A stretch of 64,000 bases of DNA, taken from Phycisphaerales bacterium JB052 (lineage in GTDB: Bacteria > Planctomycetota > Phycisphaerae > Phycisphaerales > UBA1924). Every line of letters begins with the position of its first letter. The first letter of the stretch is position 1. Positions 9,391 through 19,089 of this stretch are shown piece by piece. Location of the stretch: the NCBI GenBank assembly GCA_043100965.1, contig JBICHR010000001.1, positions 159,278 to 223,277 of the forward strand, read 5' to 3'. The notes under the pieces are model-generated. The model saw only the letters and a program-made list of their open reading frames with translations. It was not told the DNA's origin and searched no databases. A program made the position numbers and the translations under genes.

Positions 9391-10515
9391 TTATCGCGTG
9401 CAAGGAGGGTTCTGAGGGAGCCCGTACTGTTCCCGCCCGATGTCTTTGCCGCCATAGTCGATGCCGCGAAGACCGAGGCGGGTCCAGCGGTAGCGTTGGC
9501 AGTACTCTGTCGTTTCCCCCAACCCACTCTTGGGCAAGGGGAAGGTATCGATCGGGACATAGCGCTGCAGCCAGTTCTGATCCGGGAACTCAGGACTCCA
9601 GCCGGGGTTGGCATCGCTCGTCAGTTCGCTCCGCACCGAGCCGTCGAAGAACGCGAGATTGCACTTGGCTTCGGGGTACGCAAAGTACAACCCGTTCTTG
9701 TTGGTGAACCGATCGAACTCCTCGAACATCATGACCTTGCCTGACGGGTGCGCCACATGGCTGAACTTCCGTTTGCCTAGCGGCACCTGCCGGTCCATCC
9801 CTTGCACCCCGGTTGGCCTGAACAGGTTCGGCGTGTCTTCCACAGGGGCGAATGTGGGCTGGCCCGGCAGGCCATCGCTGGTCCATGCCGCGGGCACCAT
9901 CTGGTAGCTGCTCGCGAAAGGCCAGCGTTGACGCACAGCGATCTGAGTCCAGTCCGGATCGTCGTCGTAGCCCTCGGGGATGCCGTCGGCGTAAGGCACG
10001 CCCGAGCCCGCCCCGTACTCAAGTGGGTTCTCCTGCCACAGGATCTGATTCCGATCGAGCGGGCTGGCCGCGATCGGTTCTGGCTGAACATCGGTCAGGA
10101 AATCGAGCAGCACCAGGTGCGAGTATCGCCGATGGGGCAGACGATCCCGGAAGTTGCGGATCTTTGTCAGCCCGCTGATGCGACCAGTGACCCGCATCAG
10201 AATCTCCTGATGCTGATCAGATGCGGCTTCCTGGTCTGTTGTGGGTGTTCGAATCTGCCCCGAGGGCAGCACATAGGTCTCGTTGGCTCTCCATGTATAG
10301 CTGAAGATCCGGCCCGCGTTGTCTGCCGCATAGTTCGCAGCCCCAGCATTGAGCGAACGCAGATTTGCTTGTGACCGAATATTCTTGGCCGAAGCCGTGG
10401 CCTGTGACAACGCCGGCAGAAGGATCCCAACCAGCAGCGCGATGATCGCGATCACGACGAGTAACTCGATCAATGTAAAGCCACGCGAATCGGAACGATG
10501 GATGCGAGTCGTCAT
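9391..10515 (-). CDS. Prepilin-leader (type IV pilin/T2SS pseudopilin-like) protein, DUF1559-type, paralog 1
   Basis: Leader MTTRIHRSDSRG|FTLIELLVVIAIIALLVGILLPAL (class III signal peptide, N-methylation site). C-terminal AFFDGSVR motif. ATG 10515 is preceded by GGAGG (10521-10525). The track ORF starts at TTG 10527. Confidence 0.85.
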   Translation of the reverse strand: MTTRIHRSDSRGFTLIELLVVIAIIALLVGILLPALSQATASAKNIRSQANLRSLNAGAANYAADNAGRIFSYTWRANETYVLPSGQIRTPTTDQEAASDQHQEILMRVTGRISGLTKIRNFRDRLPHRRYSHLVLLDFLTDVQPEPIAASPLDRNQILWQENPLEYGAGSGVPYADGIPEGYDDDPDWTQIAVRQRWPFASSYQMVPAAWTSDGLPGQPTFAPVEDTPNLFRPTGVQGMDRQVPLGKRKFSHVAHPSGKVMMFEEFDRFTNKNGLYFAYPEAKCNLAFFDGSVRSELTSDANPGWSPEFPDQNWLQRYVPIDTFPLPKSGLGETTEYCQRYRWTRLGLRGIDYGGKDIGREQYGLPQNPPCTR

Positions 10516-10823
10516 AAAGACCTCCAATCGTTTGGTGCATGCACCACCACACCCGAAACCGGACGGGTGGCATGCATGCAGAAATCACATTGTGCTTTGT
10601 ACGGGTGCCCCTGCTGGGAGAGGTGGCGCTCCAAGACGGAGGGCCACACAACCCGTTGACCATCGGACGCGAACGCAAGCATTCGGCTGACTCCGACCTG
10701 CAGCATCGCATGCATCGCGAGTCACAATACACGGCCGCATACTCATATACTGGCCTGGATCGAGTATGGTTCCGTGTTAAGACCAAGCTCTCTTGATGGA
10801 ACCTGGTGATCGAGGCGAGACAG

Positions 10824-10847
10824 AAAAAAGCCCCCGAGTTCGGGGGC
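10824..10847 (-). terminator. Rho-independent terminator after the second DUF1559-type gene
   Basis: On the - strand, gcccccgaactcgggggc followed by TTTTTT. Confidence 0.8.
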
Positions 10848-10882
10848 TTTGAAAGTCAACCAGGATGACGCAAGAGCAATGC

Positions 10883-11998
10883 TTACTGCGTGCAGTCGGG
10901 TTCATCGGGCAGGCTAGCATGCTGCCTGCGACCGACATCTTTCCCGCCGTAGTCAATGCCCTGAAGGCCGTGGCGAGTCCAGCGGTAACGCTGGCAGTAG
11001 CGCACATTGCTGTCGAGCCCGTCCTTGGGTTCCGGGAAGGTATCGAGCGGCACATAGGTCTGCAGCCATTCCGTGTCAGGCTCAGCGGGGTTCCAGCCGG
11101 CATTCGAATCAGCAGTCTGCTCATTGCGAACCGAGCCGTCAAAGAACGCGAGGTTACACTTGGCTTCGGGGTAGGCAAAGTAGAGCCCGTCCTTATCGCT
11201 GAAGCGGTCGAACTCTTCGAACATCATGACCTTGCCCGATGGGTGAGCCACTTGTGTGAACTTACGACGACCAAGCGACGGGGTTGCGGTGTTGTCGCTG
11301 GGAGTCATCAGGTGAGGCGTATCTGAAACCGGGATGTAGGTCAACTTACCTGCGATACCGTCGGTGTTCCATGCAGCCGGAACCATCTGGTAGGTCGAGG
11401 CGAATGCCCAGCGCTGACGAACTGCAGCCAGCGGCCAGTTCGCGTCGTCGTCATACCCATCGGGGCTGCCATCAGCATACGGGACACCTGAGCCCGGGCC
11501 GTATTCCAGCGGGTTCTCCTGCCACTGAATGAGGTTCCGGTCGAAGGGGCTTGCCGCAATCGGCTCGGGCTGGACATCGGTGAGGAAGTCGAGCAGCACG
11601 AGGTGCGAGTAACGACGGTGAGGCAGACGCGCTGAGAAGTTGCGAATCTTGGTTGTACCAGTGATACGACCGGTCACACGCATCAGAATCTCTTGGTTCT
11701 GGTCTGCGGCTGCGTTCTGGTCTGAGCCGGGAACACGGACCTGGCCCGAGGGGAGCGTGTAGACCTCACCCTTACGCCATGTGTAGCTGAAGATACGGTC
11801 CGAGTTGTCTGATGCGTAGTTGGCGGCACCGGTGTTGAGTGACCGGGCGTTCGACTGCGACAGCACGTTTTTCGCGGAACGCTGCGCCTGACCGAGTGCG
11901 GGCAGCAGAATCCCGATGAGCAGCGCGATGATCGCGATGACCACCAGCAGCTCAATGAGTGTAAAAGCGTTCTTTCGTCTTTCCACGACGACCTCCAT
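10883..11998 (-). CDS. Prepilin-leader protein, DUF1559-type, paralog 2
   Basis: ...ERRKNA|FTLIELLVVIAIIALLIGILLPAL. Collinear with paralog 1 over the full length, with long identical blocks (RLPHRRYSHLVLLDFLTDVQPEPIAASP, VAHPSGKVMMFEEFDRF, YFAYPEAKCNLAFFDGSVR). An alternative GTG start at 11986 sits behind GGAGG. Confidence 0.85.
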   Translation of the reverse strand: MEVVVERRKNAFTLIELLVVIAIIALLIGILLPALGQAQRSAKNVLSQSNARSLNTGAANYASDNSDRIFSYTWRKGEVYTLPSGQVRVPGSDQNAAADQNQEILMRVTGRITGTTKIRNFSARLPHRRYSHLVLLDFLTDVQPEPIAASPFDRNLIQWQENPLEYGPGSGVPYADGSPDGYDDDANWPLAAVRQRWAFASTYQMVPAAWNTDGIAGKLTYIPVSDTPHLMTPSDNTATPSLGRRKFTQVAHPSGKVMMFEEFDRFSDKDGLYFAYPEAKCNLAFFDGSVRNEQTADSNAGWNPAEPDTEWLQTYVPLDTFPEPKDGLDSNVRYCQRYRWTRHGLQGIDYGGKDVGRRQHASLPDEPDCTQ

Positions 11999-12360
11999 CC
12001 GTCATGTCTTGGAACTCATTATCGCCATCCGGGCGATCGTTCGCTCTAAGACACAGACTTGTGTTCAATGCGGGCACCGTGCTCCCCAGTTTGGGTGTGT
12101 ATCGCAACGGCGGTCCTGTTTCTATACGCACGCATTCGTGCGTGGTTCCAGTGTGTCCCCGGTCACTTTGACGCTGTCCACGAGGGCGAACCCCGTGCAA
12201 TCGTACCGGCACCGATCGATATAGACCACAACAATGCGGTCTTGACGATTCCGGTACTCCTTTATACGACTTTGACGCAGATTTCGCAACCCCGGCGGCG
12301 TGTACTCAAACAAAATTCAGAGCAATCACGACAGAAACCGCCCGTTCTGGTCTTGTTCGG

Positions 12361-13827
12361 CTACATCGCGTTTGGGTGCACAAAGCCACGCACAATCGTC
12401 AGCATCAGGATGCGTACATCGAACCAGATGGACCAGTTGCGAATGTAGAACAGATCATACTGCAAGCGTTTTCGCAGGCTTGAATCACCCCGGAGTCCGT
12501 TCACCTGCGCCCACCCGGTCATGCCCGCCTTGACCTGCTGACGCAGCATGTAGCCACGCCAATCCTCCCTGAACCGATCGATCAGCTCGGGACGCTCGGG
12601 ACGCGGCCCCACAAGGGCCATGTCGCCTCGGAGCACATTAAAGAGCTGTGGCAGCTCATCCAGACTCATGCGTCGTAAAAACGCCCCGATGCGGGTGATG
12701 CGAGGATCATCACGCGTGGTCCATGCCGCACTGGCCGAGTCCTGCTCGTCCTGAACTGCTCGCATCGTCCGGAACTTCCAGATCCAGAAAATATCTCCCC
12801 CGAGACTCACCCGCTGCTGCTTGAACAGCACCGGGCCAGGGCCGCTGAACCGGATCAGGCAGGCGATCAGCAGCATCAGCGGCGAAAATACCAGGATCCC
12901 CACCAACGCCCCGACGATATCAAGCATGCGTTTGAAGACGCCACCAAGCCCCGCCATCGGGCTTTCGCGATAGCTCAGGATCGGCATGCCCTCCAGCTCG
13001 GATACGACCATGTTCTGAGGCAGGTATCGGGGGTGCACATCGGGCACGATGCGGACATCGACCGCGTATCGCTCGAGTCGCTTGAGCATCATGGGGAGCT
13101 GCGCCGACATGGCGCTGGGGATCGCGAGGTAGACCGCATCGACCCGGTTGTTCTCGAGAATCTTCTCCAGCTCGCGCACCCCGCCATGGACCGGCAGGTT
13201 CAGGCACCGATCACGCATGGTCTGTTCGTGGTGCGAGATGAAGTACTCGACCCGCAGCCCGGTCCATGAGTTTCTCGATAGTGTGCGTGCGGTGATCTGT
13301 CCGAGGCGACCAACGCCGACGATCGCCACGTGACGCATGTTCCAGCCCCGTTTCCGCATAAATCGCAGGGCCAGTCGCATCGCGACGCGCTGCCCCCCCA
13401 TCAGCACGGGGAGCAAGACCGTGAACATCGCAAGCTGGAAACGCAGCGGATCGGTCGCCAATCGCCAGCCGGGGTACTGCTGCTGGGGCGGACCCACAGG
13501 GTTCAGCTGGCTCGAGCCCAGCGCCCAGAGCGAAACGATGATCAGCATCGAGGAAACAAAGGTAACTTTGATAATCTGCCCGAGCTCACCCACCAAGGCC
13601 CGATCTCGGCGTGGCTTATAGAGCTTGAACACAATCAGGTTGAAGAGCACAATCGGGACCGCGTAGAGCACGAGCGAGCCCTTGAAGTACTGCTCCCATT
13701 CGGTTGGCCACGATTGATTGAAGCGGTGCACACGCAAGACCCACGAGCCGAATGATGCAGCAGCGATGGCCCCGACATCCAGCAATGCAAACAGCGTGAC
13801 AAATAAGTTGTGCTTCTGCTTGAGCAC
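12361..13827 (-). CDS. Polyprenyl-phosphate glycosyl-1-phosphate transferase (WbaP/EpsB-type exopolysaccharide priming enzyme)
   Basis: 488 aa. N-terminal TM helices, a central NAD-like fold ([10 protein letters not shown]), and the C-terminal bacterial sugar transferase domain ([28 protein letters not shown] ... MTGWAQVNG). Confidence 0.85.
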   Translation of the reverse strand: MLKQKHNLFVTLFALLDVGAIAAASFGSWVLRVHRFNQSWPTEWEQYFKGSLVLYAVPIVLFNLIVFKLYKPRRDRALVGELGQIIKVTFVSSMLIIVSLWALGSSQLNPVGPPQQQYPGWRLATDPLRFQLAMFTVLLPVLMGGQRVAMRLALRFMRKRGWNMRHVAIVGVGRLGQITARTLSRNSWTGLRVEYFISHHEQTMRDRCLNLPVHGGVRELEKILENNRVDAVYLAIPSAMSAQLPMMLKRLERYAVDVRIVPDVHPRYLPQNMVVSELEGMPILSYRESPMAGLGGVFKRMLDIVGALVGILVFSPLMLLIACLIRFSGPGPVLFKQQRVSLGGDIFWIWKFRTMRAVQDEQDSASAAWTTRDDPRITRIGAFLRRMSLDELPQLFNVLRGDMALVGPRPERPELIDRFREDWRGYMLRQQVKAGMTGWAQVNGLRGDSSLRKRLQYDLFYIRNWSIWFDVRILMLTIVRGFVHPNAM

Positions 13828-13897
13828 GATTCCCCCGGTTCAGCTCGTCCCTTCATGAGTGTACGCCATAGACCGAATCTTCGCACCTGATACGGTG

Positions 13898-14821
13898 CTA
13901 TTCGCCGACGGGTTCTTTGGTACTGAGCTTCTCGAGCTCTGCACGCAGGGATTCGGTGATCTCCGCGCCGGAGGGAGGCACGATGCGAACCTTTGCGTAG
14001 AGGTCCCCCCGCTCACCATGTGGGCCGGCCAAACCGTGCCCGCCGATACGGAAACGGGATTCGGAGACGGTCGAGGGTGGAACTGTCAGCGTAACGACTT
14101 TGCCGTCGATCGTGGGCACATCGACCTTGGCCCCGAGGGTGGCCTCAGCAATGCTCAACGCGAGATCAGCAACAAGATCCAACCCATCATCAACCCGCTG
14201 GAAGCGTGGGTCACGCTCGACCTGAATCGAAACAAACAGGTCGCCGGGACGACCGCCCTGCATCGGGCTCGGGAGCCCTTGACCCTGGAGGCGGAGCTTT
14301 GCGCCCGATTTCACGCCCCTGGGGACCTTCACTTCGATTGATCGATACCCGTCGCCGCGTGGAACGCTGATCGTTTTGGTCGCCCCCACATGCACATCAT
14401 GCAGCGAAACACGCAGCCCCAGGCGGAGGTCCTTCCCCTTGGGAGCAGGGCGACGATGATGTGTACGCGGCCCAGCCGCTTGCCCCCCGAAGCCACCGAA
14501 TCCGCCTCCCCCACCGCCGCCAAACATGGCGTCGATGATCGATCCCAGATCGCCGAAGTCGACATCCTGAGCCCGCACATGCTGCTCGGGCATGCCCGAG
14601 ACATAGCGTTCATGACCGAGCCGATCGTACTTCGATCGCTTCTCGGGATCGGAGAGCACCTCGTATGCTTCATTGAGTTCGGAAAACTTCTTGCCCGCGT
14701 CGGGGTCCTTGGAGACATCGGGGTGCAGCTTTCTCGCCTTGGCGCGAAACGCTTTCTTGATGGCGTCATCGTCGGCGTTCTTCTCAACACCAAGCACCCG
14801 GTAGTAATCGCTTGTGCTCAT
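13898..14821 (-). CDS. cbpA: J-domain co-chaperone without the DnaJ zinc finger (CbpA/DnaJ-like)
   Basis: DYYRVLGVEKNADDDAIKKAFRAKARKLHPDVSKD (J domain with HPD), a Gly-rich linker GGGGGGFGGFGG, and C-terminal beta domains. No CxxCxGxG repeats. Confidence 0.8.
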   Translation of the reverse strand: MSTSDYYRVLGVEKNADDDAIKKAFRAKARKLHPDVSKDPDAGKKFSELNEAYEVLSDPEKRSKYDRLGHERYVSGMPEQHVRAQDVDFGDLGSIIDAMFGGGGGGGFGGFGGQAAGPRTHHRRPAPKGKDLRLGLRVSLHDVHVGATKTISVPRGDGYRSIEVKVPRGVKSGAKLRLQGQGLPSPMQGGRPGDLFVSIQVERDPRFQRVDDGLDLVADLALSIAEATLGAKVDVPTIDGKVVTLTVPPSTVSESRFRIGGHGLAGPHGERGDLYAKVRIVPPSGAEITESLRAELEKLSTKEPVGE

Positions 14822-14876
14822 GAACTCATGACTCCCTATTGCTCTGTGTGCGGCTGATCGCCGCTCAGGAGATCAT

Positions 14877-14907
14877 AGAAAACGGGCCGCACACTGTGCA
14901 GCCCGTT
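14877..14907 (-). terminator. Weak rho-independent terminator after the FKBP gene
   Basis: Hairpin aacgggc...gcccgtt, followed on the - strand by a short T run (TTTTCT). Confidence 0.45.
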
Positions 14908-14940
14908 CAAGAAGAAACAACTCGATATCAGCGTGGCCGA

Positions 14941-16038
14941 TCAGTCGTGATCCGGGCCTTCGTGTACGGTGCCGTCATCATGGGTGTGGGTATGGCCTGA
15001 AGTAGGGTTGGCTTGGAGCGGCTCGATGTGGGCCATCCAGACATTAAACACCAGCGTCGCGTTGCCGGGGATGTTCGCACGCGGGTTGCCCATGTCGCCG
15101 TAGCCGAGGTATCCCGGGATGATCAGCTTGCGGTGGCTGTCCTTGTCGAACCCCTCCATGCCGATACCCCAGCCCGTGATCGCACGCGTCCCGGGCGGGT
15201 ACTGGAACACGAATGGCAGGTCGCGGCTGTAGCTCGAATCAAAGCGGGTGCCGTCGAGCAGGTAGCCGTCGTAATGCACATGCAGCTCGTAACCGTCCTG
15301 CGGCTCGACCTCGTTCTCCGGGCCGTAATCGACAATGATCATGCCGTCCGGGCGACGATCAACGGATGCGTATGAGTTGGTCCGCTTGAACTCAACAGCG
15401 CTGTCCGCATCGGCACCCCAGACGATGCTGCCGTCGGCACCGTATCCGCGGTCAGCAACGCTCAGGGTGTCGCCATCAAGAGTCATGCTGCTGGTCATTT
15501 CAACGGCACCACCCACACCCGTGGGGTATGGGTACGGTGTGGAGCCAACAAATCCGTTCTGGGTCGTTTCAAGCTCGACATCGAGTGTCGCGATCAAATC
15601 GTCGGCACTGATCTCCGGGAAGTACTCTGTCGCGGCCCACATACCATCGAAGAGACCAGCCGAAACCGAGCCAACGGCGAACTCATAGGTCCGCAGACGG
15701 ATCTCACCCTTGTAGCGGTACAGCTGGAACATCGCTCGGCGATACGGGGCCCACGGCGTGTCAGCCCGAACGCTTTCGACATAGAGTGTGTCACTCATGC
15801 CCTCAACCGGCGCGGGGGCGACGGCCATCATGAGCTGGCTTCCACCAACACTGCCACTGGAAGCCCAAGTGCCTGTGAGTTTTTTGGCGACCTGCGCGAT
15901 ACCGTCGTCCGACCAATCGGGCGCGAAGAGCGAAGGTGCCTCAAATGCCGGCTGCGTGGTATCTTCGGACTGTGCGCCCGCGACCCCACTCATCAGTCCG
16001 GCACACATCACGGTGCTGAGCAAACAAACTCTGAGCAT
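14941..16038 (-). CDS. Secreted two-domain protein: N-terminal beta-barrel-like domain plus C-terminal FKBP-type peptidyl-prolyl isomerase
   Basis: Signal peptide (LLSTVMCAGLMSGVAGA). The C-terminus YDGYLLDGTRFDSSYSRDLPFVFQY..ITGWGIGMEGF..KLIIPGYLGYG...IPGNATLVFNVWM is an FKBP_C signature. The N-terminal ~230 aa is unassigned (weakly CpcT/DUF1001-like: LTGTWASS ... FQLYRYKGEIRLRTYEF). Confidence 0.75.
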   Translation of the reverse strand: MLRVCLLSTVMCAGLMSGVAGAQSEDTTQPAFEAPSLFAPDWSDDGIAQVAKKLTGTWASSGSVGGSQLMMAVAPAPVEGMSDTLYVESVRADTPWAPYRRAMFQLYRYKGEIRLRTYEFAVGSVSAGLFDGMWAATEYFPEISADDLIATLDVELETTQNGFVGSTPYPYPTGVGGAVEMTSSMTLDGDTLSVADRGYGADGSIVWGADADSAVEFKRTNSYASVDRRPDGMIIVDYGPENEVEPQDGYELHVHYDGYLLDGTRFDSSYSRDLPFVFQYPPGTRAITGWGIGMEGFDKDSHRKLIIPGYLGYGDMGNPRANIPGNATLVFNVWMAHIEPLQANPTSGHTHTHDDGTVHEGPDHD

Positions 16039-16254
16039 GCTGTATTCTCCTCAAGTTGCGTTGTTATCGGTTTGGGCATTCTAGACACCCAAGCAGGCGG
16101 CTCCAGCCCCCGGAATTGGCATTATCGAACCGATCCGATCGCCCCAACGCACAGAAGAGTATGAAATTGCATGCTTCGTCGCATCAGGATATCGCTTTTG
16201 CCCGTATTCTGGATAGGGATCGTTGGAGTTGGCCGATCGTGAGGGCAGGGGCGA

Positions 16255-16872
16255 ATGATGAAGAATCACCCAAGGAAAACTACGAAGGCGATGAACGACG
16301 AAACCCACGAATTGGATACGAGTACATTTCTGGGCCATCCTGCCTCCCCCTCCGATGACACCGCCGAGTCACTCTTTGAGCATTACGAACGCCGTTCGTT
16401 AAAAACGATCATCCGCCAACAGCAGATCTACCGCGAATCGCAAGCAGCCATCGCCGCAAAGGTGATTCTCGATGGTGCGGTGATCCCCGAGATCGAGGAT
16501 CTCGAAGATCAAGTTGTTGATTACCCCGACTATAACGACGAAAGCGACCGACAGCCCCGGTTCCATCGGATCCGGGTTCAACGCACCCACAACGTTGGGC
16601 GCCTGACCAGCCCCGGTGCCCAGATCATCTATGTGCTCCTGACCATCGCAGCGCTGGGAGGCACATTGGGTCTCGCCTACAGTTCCGATTCGCCTCAGCT
16701 GCTGCTCTTGGCCGGCATCGCCACACCGATGCTGCTCCCGATCTGCGTCTGGCGGTGGTTCTGCTGGCTCGACTCGGCCCCCTACTACTACCGCCTGCTA
16801 ACCACGCTCGGCGAAGACGCACGCAACCTGCTCGAGTACCGACTGCTTTGGAAGAAGAGCAGCCGCGGCTGA
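16255..16872 (+). CDS. Hypothetical membrane protein (acidic N-terminal part, two predicted TM helices)
   Basis: 205-aa ORF. Hydrophobic segments IIYVLLTIAALGGTLGLAY and LLLLAGIATPMLLPICVW. No recognised domain. Confidence 0.4.
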   Translation: MMKNHPRKTTKAMNDETHELDTSTFLGHPASPSDDTAESLFEHYERRSLKTIIRQQQIYRESQAAIAAKVILDGAVIPEIEDLEDQVVDYPDYNDESDRQPRFHRIRVQRTHNVGRLTSPGAQIIYVLLTIAALGGTLGLAYSSDSPQLLLLAGIATPMLLPICVWRWFCWLDSAPYYYRLLTTLGEDARNLLEYRLLWKKSSRG

Positions 16873-16997
16873 GCCCCCACCGTCGTTTCCGTCGCGTTCC
16901 CGAAACAACTGCACCATCTGGCTGATCCCGCTTTGTGAGTTCGGGCTTCACTACGCGCCCATGTGATCCGGAGCACAATCGGACATCAGCCCAAATG

Positions 16998-17022
16998 AAA
17001 AACACCCACTGTGAGGCGGGTG
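16998..17022 (-). terminator. Rho-independent terminator after mdh
   Basis: On the - strand, cacccgc-ctcaca-gtgggtg followed by TTTTTCATTT, 30 nt after the mdh stop. Confidence 0.6.
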
Positions 17023-17051
17023 CTTTGCACTTGTTTTCGATTTGAATCGAA

Positions 17052-18017
17052 TCAGGCGAGTTCAGGGAAGCGTTCCTTGACGACCTTCACGAGGTCTTCT
17101 ACATGCGATGCCGATTCGTCGAAGAGCTTCTGCTCCTCGTCGGTGAGCTTGAACTCGACAATCTTCTCGACGCCGTCCTTACCCAGCAATGCTGGGACAC
17201 CCACGAACAGTCCCTTGTGGCCAAACTGGCCGTCGAGGTAGGCCGCACTGGGGATGATGCGCTTCTTGTCCTTGATAATGGCCTCGGCCATCTGGATCGT
17301 GCCCAGTGCGGGTGCGTAGAACGCGCTGGTGCCCATGAGCTTGACGATCTCGCCGCCACCGACCTTGGCACGCTCAACACATGCGGTGATCTTCTCTTCA
17401 GAAAGCATGTCTGAGACCGGGATGCCGTGGACGCTGGTGAGGCGCGGGAATGGGACCATGTCGTCGCCATGACCGCCCAGGAGCATCGCCTGCACATCCT
17501 CAACGCTCACGCCCAGTTCCCACGCGATGAAGGCGCGGTAGCGGGCACAGTCGAGCGCCCCCGCCTGCCCCATGATGCGGTTGGTCGGGAATCCGGTTGC
17601 CTTCCACGCGGTGTAGACCATCGCGTCAAGCGGGTTGGACACCAGAATCACGATCGAATCCGGTGCGTGCTGCTTGATGTTTTCGCTGACCGACTTGACG
17701 ATCTTGACATTCGTCTCGATCAGATCATCGCGGCTCATGCCCGGTTTACGCGGGATACCCGCGGTCACGATCACGACATCACTGCCTGCGATGTCCTTGT
17801 AGTCGAATGTGCCGGTCAGCGTCGAATCAAACCCCTCAATTGGGGCACAGCAGCCCAGGTCAATCATCTTGCCCTTGGGCATATGCTGGTCGGGTGCGTC
17901 GGGGCGCGGGATGTCCAGCAGCACGATGTCGCCCAGTTCTTTCTGAGCGGCCCAATGGGCACAAGTTGCGCCGACATTGCCGGCTCCGATGATCGAGATC
18001 TTGGCTCGCTTTGGCAT
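17052..18017 (-). CDS. mdh: Malate dehydrogenase (LDH-like type)
   Basis: KISIIGAGNVGATCA (NAD fold), TAGIPRKPGMSRDDL (Arg-containing substrate-specificity loop typical of MDH), catalytic GGHGD. Confidence 0.9.
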   Translation of the reverse strand: MPKRAKISIIGAGNVGATCAHWAAQKELGDIVLLDIPRPDAPDQHMPKGKMIDLGCCAPIEGFDSTLTGTFDYKDIAGSDVVIVTAGIPRKPGMSRDDLIETNVKIVKSVSENIKQHAPDSIVILVSNPLDAMVYTAWKATGFPTNRIMGQAGALDCARYRAFIAWELGVSVEDVQAMLLGGHGDDMVPFPRLTSVHGIPVSDMLSEEKITACVERAKVGGGEIVKLMGTSAFYAPALGTIQMAEAIIKDKKRIIPSAAYLDGQFGHKGLFVGVPALLGKDGVEKIVEFKLTDEEQKLFDESASHVEDLVKVVKERFPELA

Positions 18018-18236
18018 CTGATTCGTCCTCGAGTATGTTGTCTAGGCCGTGAGAAACTGCTTCCAAGGTGGCCACACGAAGCCACTCAGGCAGGGTCTGC
18101 ATGCTAGGAGTGGCCAACTCGCTCCGGCAAAGACTTTGCGCATCTCTGAACGAAGAAATTATGCCTCCAATCCATCCATCCGGTGTATAATCTATGCAGA
18201 GACCCGATACAGACCACAAGTCCTAAGGAGGGATAG

Positions 18237-19034
18237 ATGAGAAACACACTGATTATGACAACGATCGCACTCGCAGCGGGCAGCACACTCGCAGGAGTGA
18301 CACCAACGTTCCTCGCGACCAACGGTGACCAGCTCTACCGCTACGACGGCGGCGGCGTCGATACCTTCACCATGGCTGACAGAATCATCGGCATGACTGT
18401 CGATGCTTCCGGCAATGTTGTTGGCAGCTCACCGAGTACTGCAGGCAATGTTGGCCTGTACAACCTCAATAACCCCTTTGGGACGCCGTCCCTCTCCTTC
18501 GTTTCAGCCACCGCGGGCAACAGCTACACCTCGCTGACCTATGTCGATGGCGACCTGTACGGCTTCTTCGACGGCTCGCAGCGGATCTACAACGTCGACA
18601 CAGGGACCGACCTCGGCCCCATCGGCGTGAACAACACCACCTTCGGCGGTTCGGCATATGACGCCGACAACGGTGTCTTCTACGCACTCGGCCGCAACAC
18701 CATGGACGACAGCGTTTCACTCTACACCGTCTCCGGCTTCGGTGGCGGCTCGCTGAGCTCAACACTCGTCGGTTCAATCGGCGTGCTCGGAGACGGCATG
18801 TCGCTCGAGTTCTACGACGGCACGCTCTACGCCGCCATCCAGAATATTGACAATGGCCATTTCGAACTCGGCTCGCTCGACCTCGGCAATGGCTCGTTCA
18901 ACTTCATGCAGACCCTCGCAACCTCGTTCTCGCCAGAAGGCGACCCCACGAGCCTTGCGATCGTCGTCCCCGCACCCGCGTCGATGGCGCTGCTGGGCAT
19001 GGGTGGTCTGATGGCATCACGCCGTCGCCGCTAA
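18237..19034 (+). CDS. Secreted PEP-CTERM sorting-domain protein
   Basis: Signal peptide (LIMTTIALAAGSTLAG), a Gly/Asp/Tyr-rich beta-repeat body, and the C-terminal VPAPASMALLGMGGLMASRRRR (PEP-like motif + TM + Arg cluster) at 18966-19031. Confidence 0.8.
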   Translation: MRNTLIMTTIALAAGSTLAGVTPTFLATNGDQLYRYDGGGVDTFTMADRIIGMTVDASGNVVGSSPSTAGNVGLYNLNNPFGTPSLSFVSATAGNSYTSLTYVDGDLYGFFDGSQRIYNVDTGTDLGPIGVNNTTFGGSAYDADNGVFYALGRNTMDDSVSLYTVSGFGGGSLSSTLVGSIGVLGDGMSLEFYDGTLYAAIQNIDNGHFELGSLDLGNGSFNFMQTLATSFSPEGDPTSLAIVVPAPASMALLGMGGLMASRRRR

Positions 19035-19063
19035 GCGATCAGCATCCGAATCCAGAACACCAA

Positions 19064-19089
19064 GCCGGCCCATCTGGGTCGGCTTTTTT
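19064..19089 (+). terminator. Rho-independent terminator
   Basis: gccggccc-atct-gggtcggc followed by TTTTTT. Confidence 0.75.
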
